DNA from: Marsupella aquatica
Lineage: Eukaryota; Plantae; Marchantiophyta
Assembly (NCBI GenBank): GCA_973895155.1
Contig: OZ316893.1
Location: 25,161,520 to 25,225,519 of the forward strand
Length of the DNA stretch: 64,000 nt
Reading direction: 5' to 3'
Position 1 is the stretch's first letter. Every line of letters starts with the position of its first letter. Under the pieces are notes generated by a model. It was not told where the DNA came from. It saw only the letters and a program-made list of their open reading frames with translations, and made no database searches. Shown in pieces: positions 26,108 to 37,308 of this stretch. The position numbers and the translations under genes are program-made.

Positions 26108-27843
26108 CTTTGCCAATAAACTTAAAAGACTCTCACCTTACCGGACCACGATGACATGCAGTACAACACACCTCAAAGTTGAATCAGCGCGACGAAGCTA
26201 CTGAATTTTTGCTTCAATTTGATCACGTAAGTGGGACTGCACATTGCCAAGTTCAAATTTGAACATAGTGTTTCATTCCCTCTCATCATTTTCGCTGTAT
26301 ATGGAGAGTAGCACGTACTCACGATTATATTCATTGTCACATTCTCACTTCATGCTAACCTTCTCGTGTAACTGGCAGTGATTGAACCACTTCTAGGAGA
26401 TGATACAGAATTTAAATCCATGGCATCACATGCAATAAAAAGAAACCAAAGGCGTTGATACCTGCTGAGTCGAGGAGAATCTTGAAGTCTTCAAACCAAG
26501 GAGCTTGCATCGTAAACCCCTCACACCTTCAAGGTCACGGACAGACAGCATGAAATGACATCCATCAGCCATGGTCCAAAGCAGTACTACTCCATCTAAC
26601 TCTGCTTCGAGTCCAGGATGACAGACTTACACGCGAATAGACCACAACAAGAAGTTAAAGAAACTTGACACGAATTGACCAGGCGCGACAACAGAAGTTA
26701 ACAGGGTTGTGACTGCGAGGGCGGTGAAGTTAACAGGGTTGCGACTAAAAACCTGAGCAATGAATAAGTTGTTGCTCTTGCAGTCTTGCTGCAAGTCACT
26801 GATTCGTCTGTTGACTCTACTTCAGCACCACAACAATTCAAATAGATGGCAACCTCGATTTCCTTTCTTGCTGAGGTCCTGGAAATCACCGAGTTTACAA
26901 CTTCCAAAGCGGGCGGTATGATCACCTTGTCTGTCCCACTCCAAACTTCGATTCTATCATGCAAATCCGTCCAACATTTGAAGAATGAGTTCACCAACGA
27001 TTAAGCCAAGACGTGAGGCGGTTCAGGGTGAGACTTGCGACGGCCACTACAGATCAAACTAAGAATGCGAGAATGAGCCTAAGGCAAAGAGTCGAGAAAC
27101 CGAAACCAAAATGATGCGAACAAATGTAAAGACTCTGTGCCGCGCGGAGCCGGGCAGGAGTAGGGATCTTACTGCAGAGTGGGACCCGCCCTCCCAATAA
27201 ATCAACTTCTCATTTAATTACCATTGACATTACCCTAAGACAACAATATTAGTGGAGGTCCTTCACTCTTACCTCAAATTCATAATAAATTCACTCTATA
27301 TCCTAAGATATTTATTCACTAGAAAGTGAACCCCTACTCCTTAAGTAGTCCCCTACAAAGTCTACAACTAAACTCCACTATCAAAATTAACCCTTTGAGT
27401 GTTTTACATAACTCATTTCCAAAGCTTCTTCCAAAGTCAAAAGGGCCATCTATCATGTAACAATTTGATGTCAATTAACCATACCCATACCCATACCCAT
27501 TTTGGCCAAACTACTGGCAAAATCTTAGCTAGAAAAGTGTGACAAAGCTAACACTGGATATTATAGCCAGATTCAAAAATGGAAAGTATAGGGTGAAGAT
27601 GGTACAATATTAAATGCACTACCTTTCTGGCCGGTCAGACGATAGTCCAAATTGACCTGTGGATCAAGTATGTTAGAACGCAAGCTACCTCTCTTTTCGT
27701 CCACCCCTTTTTGTAAAGTGCCCCGGTCTTAAGAAAGGGTCAGATAGATTAAAATAATTAGTATTGACTAGGTACTGAATTTTAGCCTGGCCTGGGGATT
27801 CTGAAATTTACGGTCAAACACCATTCAGCACCCACCAGTCTCA

Positions 27844-28918
27844 AACCACTCGGGTGATTCAGTGGTTTTATAAAACACGGCTCGCACCACTGCAATGAGA
27901 GTGGTATAAGCAGTGCTTTAATTCTTGTCATCTCAAAGCACCTGATTATGAGTGGATTCTGAGTGGGTTCTTCAAGTTGCAAAGACCCAGGCTAAGAGGG
28001 CTGGCACATTGTATTTATAATTTTAGAACATGGGGTGCCAATGGTAGGCTCATGATTTTTGGTTGTAGCCTTCCTCATTCCTCCAACTTAGCTCCGTCAC
28101 ATTGCTCCTGAAGGACAGCTCGAACACAATGGCCTCCCAGTTTGAGCAAAACCACCCACCCCATCACACAAGAAATCAAAAGGTGCTAAGTTTTGGGGCA
28201 CATAGAAGTTGAGCAACTCCTTCCACCACCTTTAGCAACATCACTCCAAGAGTTTGTGGAATTGGAGAAATAGAGTTAGTGGGTGACCCTACCATGTACC
28301 ACTGGTGAAACCACTCAGACCTCTTAGTGGTTTTATAAAACATGGCTCGCACCACTGCAATGAGAGTGGTATAAAGCAGTGCTTTAATTCTTGTCATCTC
28401 AAAGCACCTGATTATGAGTGGATTCTGAGTGGGTTCTTCGAGTTGCAAAGACCCAAGCTAAGAGGGCTGGCACATTGTATTTATAATTTTAGAACATGGG
28501 GTGCCAATGGTAGGCTCATGATTTTTGGTTGTAGCCTTCCTCATTCCTCCAACTTAGCTCCGTCACATTGCTCCTGAAGGACAGCTCGAACACAATGGCC
28601 TCCCAGTTTGAGCAAAACCACCCACCCCATCACACAAGAAATCAAAAGGTGCTAAGTTTTGGGGCACATAGAAGTTGAGCAACTCCTTCCACCACCTTTA
28701 GCAACATCACTCCAAGAGTTTGTGGAATTGGAGAAATAGAGTTAGTGGGTGACCCTACCATGTACCACTGGTGAAACCACTCAGACCTCTTAGTGGTTTT
28801 ATAAAACATGGCTCGCACCACTGCAATGAGAGTGGTATAAAGCAGTGCTTTAATTCTTGTCATCTCAAAGCACCTGATTCTAAGTGGGTTCTTCGAGTTG
28901 CAAAGACCCAAGCTAAGA
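27844..28918. repeat. Tandem array of about 2.3 x 465-466 bp inside the CACTA element
   Basis: AGTGGTTTTATAAAAC recurs at 27861, 28326 and 28792. Units are nearly identical, and the ORF track repeats the same peptide three times. Confidence 0.93.
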
Positions 28919-29730
28919 CGTGTGACATATTATTTTGACAATCTAATTTGAGTAGATGAGATGCAAATAGTGTATGTGTGCAAGTTTTTTGGTTATAACT
29001 AACAGCTGCATGCTTCTTCACTCCTCCACGTCAGCCCCTTAGTGATATTAAATTAATTCATTTTAAGCAAGAACTAAAGATTGTCTCGCGCAAGACTAAG
29101 TGCCAAACGGATAACATTTAAATTAATTAATTTGTGGTAGAGTTGGGAGGTAGCAATGTCCAACCACCGTATCAAACTACATTCTTTTTATTCAGATTTG
29201 TTCTGTAGAGATTAATTGAGAAATATTTACTTTGGGTGTATATGCTTCTATGTCCCTAGTCTAAGGTAAGAACCTTTGGATCAACGTAAGTTTGTGTGCC
29301 AGTTAAGCAGTTTAAACATACACTGTCTGCTTCTAGCATTGGTGTAGTCACTGGTGCTGCGCGTTAAGTTTAGTTCAAGAAGAGGAATTCTCGCTACGAG
29401 AAGACTTTGCCAGAATGCACTCCTTTGCCAGTTTTCCAGAATGCACTCCCCTTGCATTCCTTTTGAGTGAATCCTGAAACGCGAGCAGAGGGGACGACAC
29501 ACACCGCAAGCTGTAAACCACAAGCGCAAGCTGCTGCCATAGGACTCTTGTTGAAATCGAGTACAGTTTTGTAGCATAGCGGATTTCCTATAGCGGTTCA
29601 TCGGCATCAGTGAGTGAGCACGCGAGAGGAAGGGAGGTGGAAGGGAAGCAAGGAAGGGAGGGGGAAAGAAAATCTGACTTCAAGAGTTCCGTCAAGGCGC
29701 AAGCGGCAGTTTTCTTTGGCACGGATCAAT

Positions 29731-29804
29731 GCTTACTCGAAGCAATTCTTACTCGAAGCAATACGAAGGACGGATTGACGTCAAGCTTACTCGAAGCAAT
29801 TCTT
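29731..29804. repeat. Three copies of CTTACTCGAAGCAAT inside the CACTA element
   Basis: Read directly from 29731-29804. Confidence 0.75.
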
Positions 29805-31288
29805 TCAAATCTTAGTGATCACTCTGGCTCGGCACAAATGGAGGGCTCAGTTTCTTGACAAAAGGTCAATCACTCACCGCCCTCGCGAGCTGCGAGGCCG
29901 TCAACTTCCTAGTTCGCCACGCCCACAACCATCATCATCAGCTCTTCTCTTGAATGCTGTCACTACATTTCTCATTTCAAGAAGGAGGGCAATCGCAATA
30001 GGAAGCCACTGAGAAGTGATGACCTTCATTAGATGCGAATTGCACCTTAGCTAAGACAGTTTAGGGTTTGCAGATGGAATAATTTCATGGCTGTATGGGA
30101 TGGTTGCAATTGGGAGGGACGGGTCACAGGGTGATTTCTCTTGCATATACAACGTGAGGCCAGGTCATAGGGTTGACAGTCTGGAAATTTGGAATATTTT
30201 TACAAGTGTTGTTTCTTACGAAGGAGGAATTTAATTTGGTCGCGCACATGTAGGCTATAGGTAGGCTACGTAAGGGGATGAGTGTGAGGTTAAGACGATT
30301 GCTGGGAAACCTGGTGGAGGGCAGGCAGGAGGCCATTAGGATAGCAGAGAGGAACAAAAAGTTTGATTCAAGCTGCTGGAATTGTTGAGGCCGACATCCA
30401 ACTTTCGTCCGCTTCCATGGAGAGGAAAGCGACAGGAAGACTTTGTATTCCCTATCTTTGTATCTGTCATCATCTACTAGCTCTTTGTGTTCCTGGTTAG
30501 ACTAGCTTGGTGGTCTCTCATACATTGCACGGTTTTGGAAGAAAGTGTGGTGGCGAGTGGCTGGACTATCTACTTAATACTATCTCTCCGGTAAGTCTCA
30601 TTATTTGTTCACCTATAATTAATTGGATCTATTGTCTGCTTACTCAGACAAGCGTTCAGTTTGTCAGTTTTGCCTTTCGTTCCTTGGCGACTCAACCTAG
30701 CTACTTCATATGCATTGTAATATCTCGTAGCACCTGTGTCCGTTACTATCCAGAGTTTGCAATTGAGTTGGGGAGAACCCCATTGCACTGTCAACAAGAA
30801 GATTGCAGTGATTTGTCGAGGGCAATCAGCCATTAGACTCTACTTTTATTAATTAGTTGGTCACAAATGTTATTCTTCAATTGTTATTTCAGCACGCCCG
30901 GCATGGTAGTATGTTGCTGATCAAAGCCCGATCGGACTGCATTGCAGAGTTTGCAGATTCTCATTTGATTAAGAAAATAATGACCAATTGCAACAATTTA
31001 AGAAAAGCTGCTTTGAGCCGTTCATTGATGTTGTTGATGTCTTCACCACAAAGAAATCTGCAACAAGGTTTTGCCAAATTAAGATCATGCTTGTCGTTGA
31101 GGGGTCCACGTGCTTTCAGAGTCACTTTGTATTCTTCTATATCCCTTAGGGCTGATTGTTATACATTGAGTCACAACTAATTCACAATATTTTTGTGGCT
31201 TTCTCAGGTAAGTTTCCTCGCTAGGGTACATCATCAATCCTTTGCAAGCAAACGGGAGACTAAGCTAGTAACTGAGTCCGCTTGCAGT

Positions 31289-32038
31289 ATGGCAATAGAG
31301 GCAAAGTTGGAGGATGCATGGAGCACCTGTAGGCAAGCTTTTGGTGCAATTTTGTGGTCAGCTGTGGCCTTAGTTTGTGACGGCCTGTTTTGGTCTTGCC
31401 TTGGACTATTGAGCGAGTTTTTCCGCTTTTTGCATGAGCTGCTTGAGCGTCTCATTGCTGTTGCTTGTCCTCAACCAGAAGTTCCTGATTTCAGCCCTCA
31501 GTCTGTTGGTAATCTCACTGTTGTTGCTCGTCCTCAACCAGAAGGTCCTGATTTCAGCCCCCAGCCTGTTGAGAATCTCACTACTGTTGCTCGTCCTCAA
31601 CCAGAAGGACATAGTTCCAGCCCTCATCCTGCTAAGAATCCAAAAGATGAGCATGGAGAGCAGCAATGGATGCATCATGTATATGAGCACCATAGCCAGC
31701 CAGCTCAAATTCCAGCTCAGCAACCGATAGTGAGAGAGCAACATCTACTGTATGAGCATGGGCAGGCAGCTCAAGTTTCAGGGCATGGCCAGCATCAGAT
31801 TGATCCAAGCTTTGATGTATTATATTTTAGATGCAATCATCCCTCCTTGCATAGTAGGAAACGGTGGTATGCAGTGGGGAAAGGCCGGAATCCTGGTATC
31901 TATGAATGTTGCGAAGAAGCAGAGCGCGAAGTCTCAGGTTTTAGTGGCAATAAACACAAGTCTTTTAGGCTTATAGAAGAAGCAGAGAACTGGTTACTGG
32001 GTCATGTGCCGATAGAAGGTCTACATAGGAATTTATAA
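31289..32038 (+). CDS. CACTA-borne accessory protein (249 aa): hydrophobic N-terminus, three 21-aa Pro-rich repeats, C-terminal RNase H1 N-terminal / caulimovirus viroplasmin (Cauli_VI) domain
   Basis: Uninterrupted ORF from ATG 31289, just after the acceptor TTGCAG. The C-terminus WYAVGKGRNPGIYECCEEAEREVSGFSGNKHKSFRLIEEAENWL matches the FYAVxxGRxPGIYxxWxECxxQVxGFxGAxYKSFxTxEEAxxF pattern of the RNase H1 hybrid-binding domain. No catalytic RNase H domain follows. Confidence 0.8.
   Translation: MAIEAKLEDAWSTCRQAFGAILWSAVALVCDGLFWSCLGLLSEFFRFLHELLERLIAVACPQPEVPDFSPQSVGNLTVVARPQPEGPDFSPQPVENLTTVARPQPEGHSSSPHPAKNPKDEHGEQQWMHHVYEHHSQPAQIPAQQPIVREQHLLYEHGQAAQVSGHGQHQIDPSFDVLYFRCNHPSLHSRKRWYAVGKGRNPGIYECCEEAEREVSGFSGNKHKSFRLIEEAENWLLGHVPIEGLHRNL
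31451..31641 (+). repeat. 63-bp in-frame tandem repeat (3 copies) in the accessory ORF
   Basis: CTCA.T..TGTTGCT.GTCCTCAACCAGAAG at about 31451, 31514 and 31577, encoding VA(C/R)PQPE...SPQ..NL. Confidence 0.88.
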
Positions 32039-32966
32039 GAACTTTTGCGGATCTAACTTGGCAGTGTTGTTGCACTGCACATTGTAATACATTTTGTAAA
32101 ATTAAAACAATTTCAATGTTTATTTGTACTCACACGTTGTACAAGATGAAGTCTACTTATGGTTGAGTAACCAGCAAACTCTCTTGCGATCCTTTGCAAG
32201 ATTGTATTTCCACCAGAATATTTATACTCCCACCCGCAGAGCTTGCATTGTAGTAGTTCCGTGCTCATTACCAACTGGCCCATGCAAATCCACATTTAAT
32301 TGCGTAAAGAGCTTGCTACCCTGGTTGCTACTAAGAAATGATTTGTAGGCCAAATCAAACTACAAATGGTCCAACATATATTTGTTCAGCAAATATATAG
32401 CAGCTGCTCAAGATAGAAGTGTACAACTATATGTTCCTGACCAAGTCTTTTAATGGAAAACACTGATGTCTCAAGGTTTCTGTTGGGCCAGTCCTTTCTC
32501 ACCGTTGTCCCATATAACTCTATGTGTCATAGTCATTAGCCACCGTCACCCAAACAACTACAAAACTACCTTAAACAACTAGAATCCTCTTCATCTCTAA
32601 TTAGAGTAGTTTTTTAAATTGTCCTTAGTCACTCAAATAAAACAAATGAGTTATTCTTTCTATTGCAGTGGTAAACTTAGTTGCTTTTACAAGCCAGATA
32701 CCACTCTTTGAAAACACAGTTGTTGGGATTGCTTAAGAGTTGTTTCCGACCAGGAGTAAAAAAGGACATAGTTGTAAAAACCCAATTTCCTTCTAGTGAA
32801 AAAACACAACAAGCTGACACAAGATCCGAATTGTGGAATACTTAGCCACCGGTGAAAAGACCTCATTGTAGTCCACTCCTTTCTCCTGAGTGAACCCCTT
32901 GGCAACAAGCCGTGCCTTGTAGATCTTGTCTCCACCCTCTGACGGACTGTCCTTCAACTTGTAAAT

Positions 32967-33309
32967 ATCACCCTATTCATTAAAAGTGTATTTTATTTTG
33001 TTCACTTTTAGGCCTCTAAATGTTCACTTTTTGGTCTCTAAATGTACACTTTTTAAACCCAAAAGGTACACTATGGTATAATACTCCACACCTAAATGAT
33101 CAATTGTAAACTTGAGGTGACAAAAATGATCTTGACTAGAAAGAGTCTCATCCTAGTTCATTTACAAAGGATGAACATGGTGTTACATGTGATGGCCATC
33201 AACTTTGTTTCTTGCCTAATTGTACACTTTTTGAAGGCCAAATGTACACTTTCTATTGCCCAAATGTTCATAAATTGAATAATAATTCACTTTTAATGAA
33301 TAGATTGAT
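32967..33309. mobile_element. 343-bp MITE with 4-bp AAAT TSD, inserted in the outer Copia RT
   Basis: TIR ATCACCCTATTCATTAAAAGTG / CACTTTTAATGAATAGATTGAT (20/22 match). AAAT at 32963-32966 and 33310-33313. The empty site TTGTAAATCCAC is seen in the inner Copia at about 39771. Internal repeats of about 22 bp containing TGT(T/A)CACTTT. Confidence 0.9.
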
Positions 33310-35520
33310 AAATCCACTTGCTGTCCACCACTTGCTGACCTCTTGGAAGCTCCACCAACTCCCATGTTTTGTTGTCACTCAAAGATTGCAACTCCCTTTG
33401 CATTGCTGCATTCCACTCATGCTTATGCTCTGAAGCACAAGCCTCACTATACGAAGAAGGCTCTCCTTCTTACAAGATCAAAGTCATATCATCTTCATCA
33501 GGTGCAATGTCAATATCATCTAGCTTAGATGAATCTGCCCATTGACCATACCTGGTAGGAGCTCTAGTAGAACAACTGGAAGTTCTTCTAATAGATGACT
33601 CAGGCTGATTTGCTGCTGCTGCTCGCTGAATTTGAGGTACTCCAACAACAATCTGCTCCTCTTGTTCCATCACAGGAACCAACTCCAAGCTTGGAGCTTC
33701 TCCATCTCTCCTGTCATGAACACCATCATAACTAATCTCCCCCTCAACCTGGTTTGGGATGGGAGATTTCCCCTTGTCAATATGGGAGTCCTGAGAACTC
33801 TCCCCCTCCTTTGATGATCTGGATTCATTAAAGGACACATCTCTACTGACAATTAGCTTACAGGTTACTAGATCCCATAACCTATAACCCTTCACACCTT
33901 TCTGATAGCCAAGGAAAATGCACTTATTCGACTTGGACTCCAGCTTGGATCGAAGTTGGGAAGGTGTAAGCACATAAGCATCACATCCAAAAAATCCTCT
34001 GATGTGAATAATCTGCTCAACGCCCGTACCTCATTTCAAATGGCGTCTTGAATCCAATAGAACTGGATGGAGAAAAAATTACCAAATAAGCTGTAGTGTT
34101 GACAGCTTCAGCCCAAAACTCATGTGGTAAGCATGATTGACTCAACATACTCCTCGAGCGGTCCAATAGTGTTCGGTTGAGTCTCTCAGAAACACCATTC
34201 TGCTGAGGAGTATAACTTGTTGTGAGATGGCGGGTAATCCCCTGCTCCTTACCATACGTTCCAAATTCCTCAGAACTGCATTCATCGCCGTTATCCGATC
34301 GAAGATATCTCACCTTGTTACCAATCTGATTCTTAACTTGGGCTTTCCACTCCTTAAAAGTGGCAAAAACATCAGACTTACTGTGTAGAAAGTAGATCCA
34401 CACATACCTTGAGTAATCGTCTATGAACGTGACATAATATAACCGTCCAGAATGTGAGGGAGTAGGGGCAGGACCCCACACATCACTATGTACATACTCA
34501 AGTACCTCCTTGCTAGTGTGAGTTCCAACTCCGAAGGGTTTCCTGTGCTGCTTCCCAAGCACACAGTGCTCACAAAATTCCAACTTACAAGACTGCAAAT
34601 TAGAAAGTAATCCTTTCTTCTGAAGAATAACCAAACCTTTTTCACTCATGTGGCCCAAACGGACGTGCCACAGCCGGGCCGTCTCCTCATGAGATAAGGT
34701 TACATTGGCTTCATCACAGACTACACTGCCCTCCAAAACGTATAGATTGCTATGTCTCTTTCCCTTCAATACAACTTTAGTACCAGTTGAAACCTGAAGG
34801 ACACCATTAGCAGAACTCCACTGATGGCCATTTGCTTCTAAAACTCCAAGTGAAATGAGATTTTTCATCATGTTGGGAATGTGTCTCACATTCCTCAACG
34901 TTCTTACAGCACCATGAAACATCTGAAATCTTACAGATCCAAGTCCAACAACTTGACATGGGATTCCATTTCCCACCAACACTGACCCGTTGGAAACCGT
35001 GTAAGAACTGAAAAAATTTCTCCTAGAGCAAATGTGAAAAGTACATGCACTATCTAGAATCCAGTCATCACTACCTGGACACTACGTTGAGAGCATAACC
35101 TTGATATCACAATATGTCATCATCATCGAGTAAATCTACCTCATGTGAGCTTGATGCCGCGTGAGCAGATGCAGTAGGGACCTTTACTCGACAATCCCTT
35201 TTCATGTGGCCTGGCTTACCATAATTCCAACATGCAAGAGGCTTCCTCTCTTGCGATTTCCCTCTGGATTTAGATCTCCCCCGTGATGTAGATCTAAACT
35301 TGTTTTGTCCATTTGAGCGTTGCGCTGCTCTCCCACGGTTCACATTCAACGCAATGCCAAAAGAAGATGCTGTCTGTGATTGACCCAACTTCTTATGAGC
35401 ATTATCAGATAGCAAGGAGCTCACCACCTCATTATATGAAATGGACTTCAGATCTCTGTACAAGAGCACCTGTTTCAAGTCCTGATATGACGGCGGTAAG
35501 GAGCTTAGCAGAAGCAAGGC

Positions 35521-37308
35521 AGTGGTGGCCCTCCCACCACGTGCCCGTCCAAACTCGTTTCTCAGCCTTGAAACAAGTCGAACCTTGCACTAACACGGAA
35601 TGTTGGGGCAAGTTCTCCCCGACTATATTCCTTGTCGTCAGCGACCCCTCCCATACGAAGCCGCACTTGCCCTCGTCAGCACAACCGTCGCTCAACGGTC
35701 TTTGCTATCTGCACAAGCAACCAACCAACCGGTAAGAACTTGTCTTGATCTCGGAACTCCCAAGACCCTTGTCTTGCCTCAAGCTCAACAGTCGTTAGTA
35801 AGTAGGTCAGCGGATAGAGCCTCCCAGGCCCGCATGGCCTTGCCATAAGCTGAAACTAAGGTCGACATCACTATTCGTCCAGAATAGTCTATCTACCGGA
35901 TGTCGCCCAAGCTTCCCCACTTTCTACCCGTCAATGGCTGACCGCCCTGCCTCCAGGACATGCCCATGGCCCAAACTCAGTTTGTCACAAACTAGTAGTA
36001 ACACGCCGGGACCATTCAGTTTCTCGGTCTTAGCCACCTCTCTGCGAAACCAGGTTCCGCTCAACCTCTCACCATGCATCGGGACCAGATCTCAATGGCA
36101 GCCCCCAGAGTCTACTTGGTTCTACCTCTCCAACATCAGGTCCCCGTGGGAACCAAATGCGGTTTGGTCACTGTTCGACTTCGGATCGGCAAGAGGGACT
36201 CCCCCCATTGCAAGCCTTAAAACCAAAATCATCCAATGCACAATCAGAGAGCACCATGAGGTAGCTTTCTTCATTAGCTTTCCAACGAGCCCAAGAACTC
36301 CCCCAACGGAGATCCGGTCGTCGAGTTATGTTTGTTTCCGCTTCAAAACTCGAAACGACGTATCTTCGTCGATCGCGATCAGCTCGAGCTCAAACTTGAG
36401 AGGACCACTCCTCTCATATATGCTTCTGGGGACCTGCCACCCCCGGACCAGCTTTGGTCCCCTATCTTTGGCCCCCTACCCGAGGGTCCGTGGGCCCCGC
36501 CACTTAGCTCGAAACGAAGATAATCAAAAATCTTCCGTAACTTGGCCTCGAGCGCAAATTGTGGCATAAGGGGCTAAAAGTTACGGCCCTAACCCCGCTC
36601 TGGTCCAGGCAACCCCCCTGGTCCAGGCAACCCCTTCTTGGTCCATCAATGCGCGGCGACTCTAATCGAGTCTAAATCGGCCATAACTTTTGGCCCCTAG
36701 GTCCGTTGGCCAAAACATATGCGGCCCCATGATCGGGCTCATGTGGGGCTTCTCAGGCCCCTATGGTGATCCATTGGAAAAATAGTTCATTTTTCCATAA
36801 TCGGCAACGGGCCCAAACTACAAGCATGCGGCTTGAGTCGGCCATAACTTTTGGCCCCTGGGTCCGTTGGCCGAGAAATATGCGGCCTCATGATTGGGCT
36901 CATGTGGGGCTTCTTGGGCCCCTATGGTGATCCATTGGAAAATAGTTCATTTTTCCATAATCGGCAACGGGCCCAAACTACAAGCATGCGGCTTGAGTCG
37001 GCCATAACTTTTGGCCCCTGGGTCCGTTGGCCGAGAAATATGCGGCCCCATGATTGGGCTCATGAGGGGCTTCTTGGGCCCCTATGGTGATCCGTCAGAA
37101 AAATAGATCATATTTCCGTGATCGGCAATGGGCCCAATAAAGTTAATTGGAGCGCGTTTTTCTCAAGTCTTGTCCTTGCTCTTACTAGCCTTCTCTTTGT
37201 TAGTCGCATCCCTAATGGCCATGATGGTAGAAAATCTAAGAGGGGCTCAACGCTGGAGTTAGGCAACGCCGGAGCAAATACGAGTAGGTGAAAGTTGTAT
37301 TCGCGACT
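35521..37308. mobile_element. 1.79-kb non-coding insertion, probable solo LTR with AGT...ACT termini
   Basis: Flanked by the 5-bp TSD AAGGC (35516-35520, 37309-37313). The empty site GAAGCAAGGCCTTATCC is present in the inner Copia at about 41980. No long TIR and no recognisable protein; contains tandem repeats. Confidence 0.8.
36677..37137. repeat. About 3 x 160-bp tandem repeat within the solo-LTR-like element
   Basis: TCGGCCATAACTTTTGGCCCCT recurs at about 36677, 36837 and 36998. Confidence 0.9.

Larger units (their letters stand above)
16556..32798 (-). mobile_element. CACTA/EnSpm DNA transposon, 16.2 kb, inserted in the RT region of the outer Copia
   Basis: 14-bp perfect TIR CACTAGAAGGAAAT at 16556, with its complement ending at 32798. 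The Copia RT sequence resumes at 32799. Internal TnpD- and TnpA-like genes; subterminal duplication at about 16744-16842. Confidence 0.93.

Noticed and set aside
27844-28918. Tandem repeats (also 36677-37137) as a CRISPR array
   Set aside because: Units repeat in full with no unique spacers, no cas genes are present, and the context is eukaryotic.
31193-32038. Endogenous caulimovirus or host RNase H1 gene
   Set aside because: No movement protein, coat protein, viral RT or catalytic RNase H domain nearby; the ORF lies within CACTA TIRs.
35934-36569. 211-aa ORF in the solo-LTR-like insertion
   Set aside because: No recognisable motif; a chance ORF in GC-rich repeat DNA is sufficient explanation.
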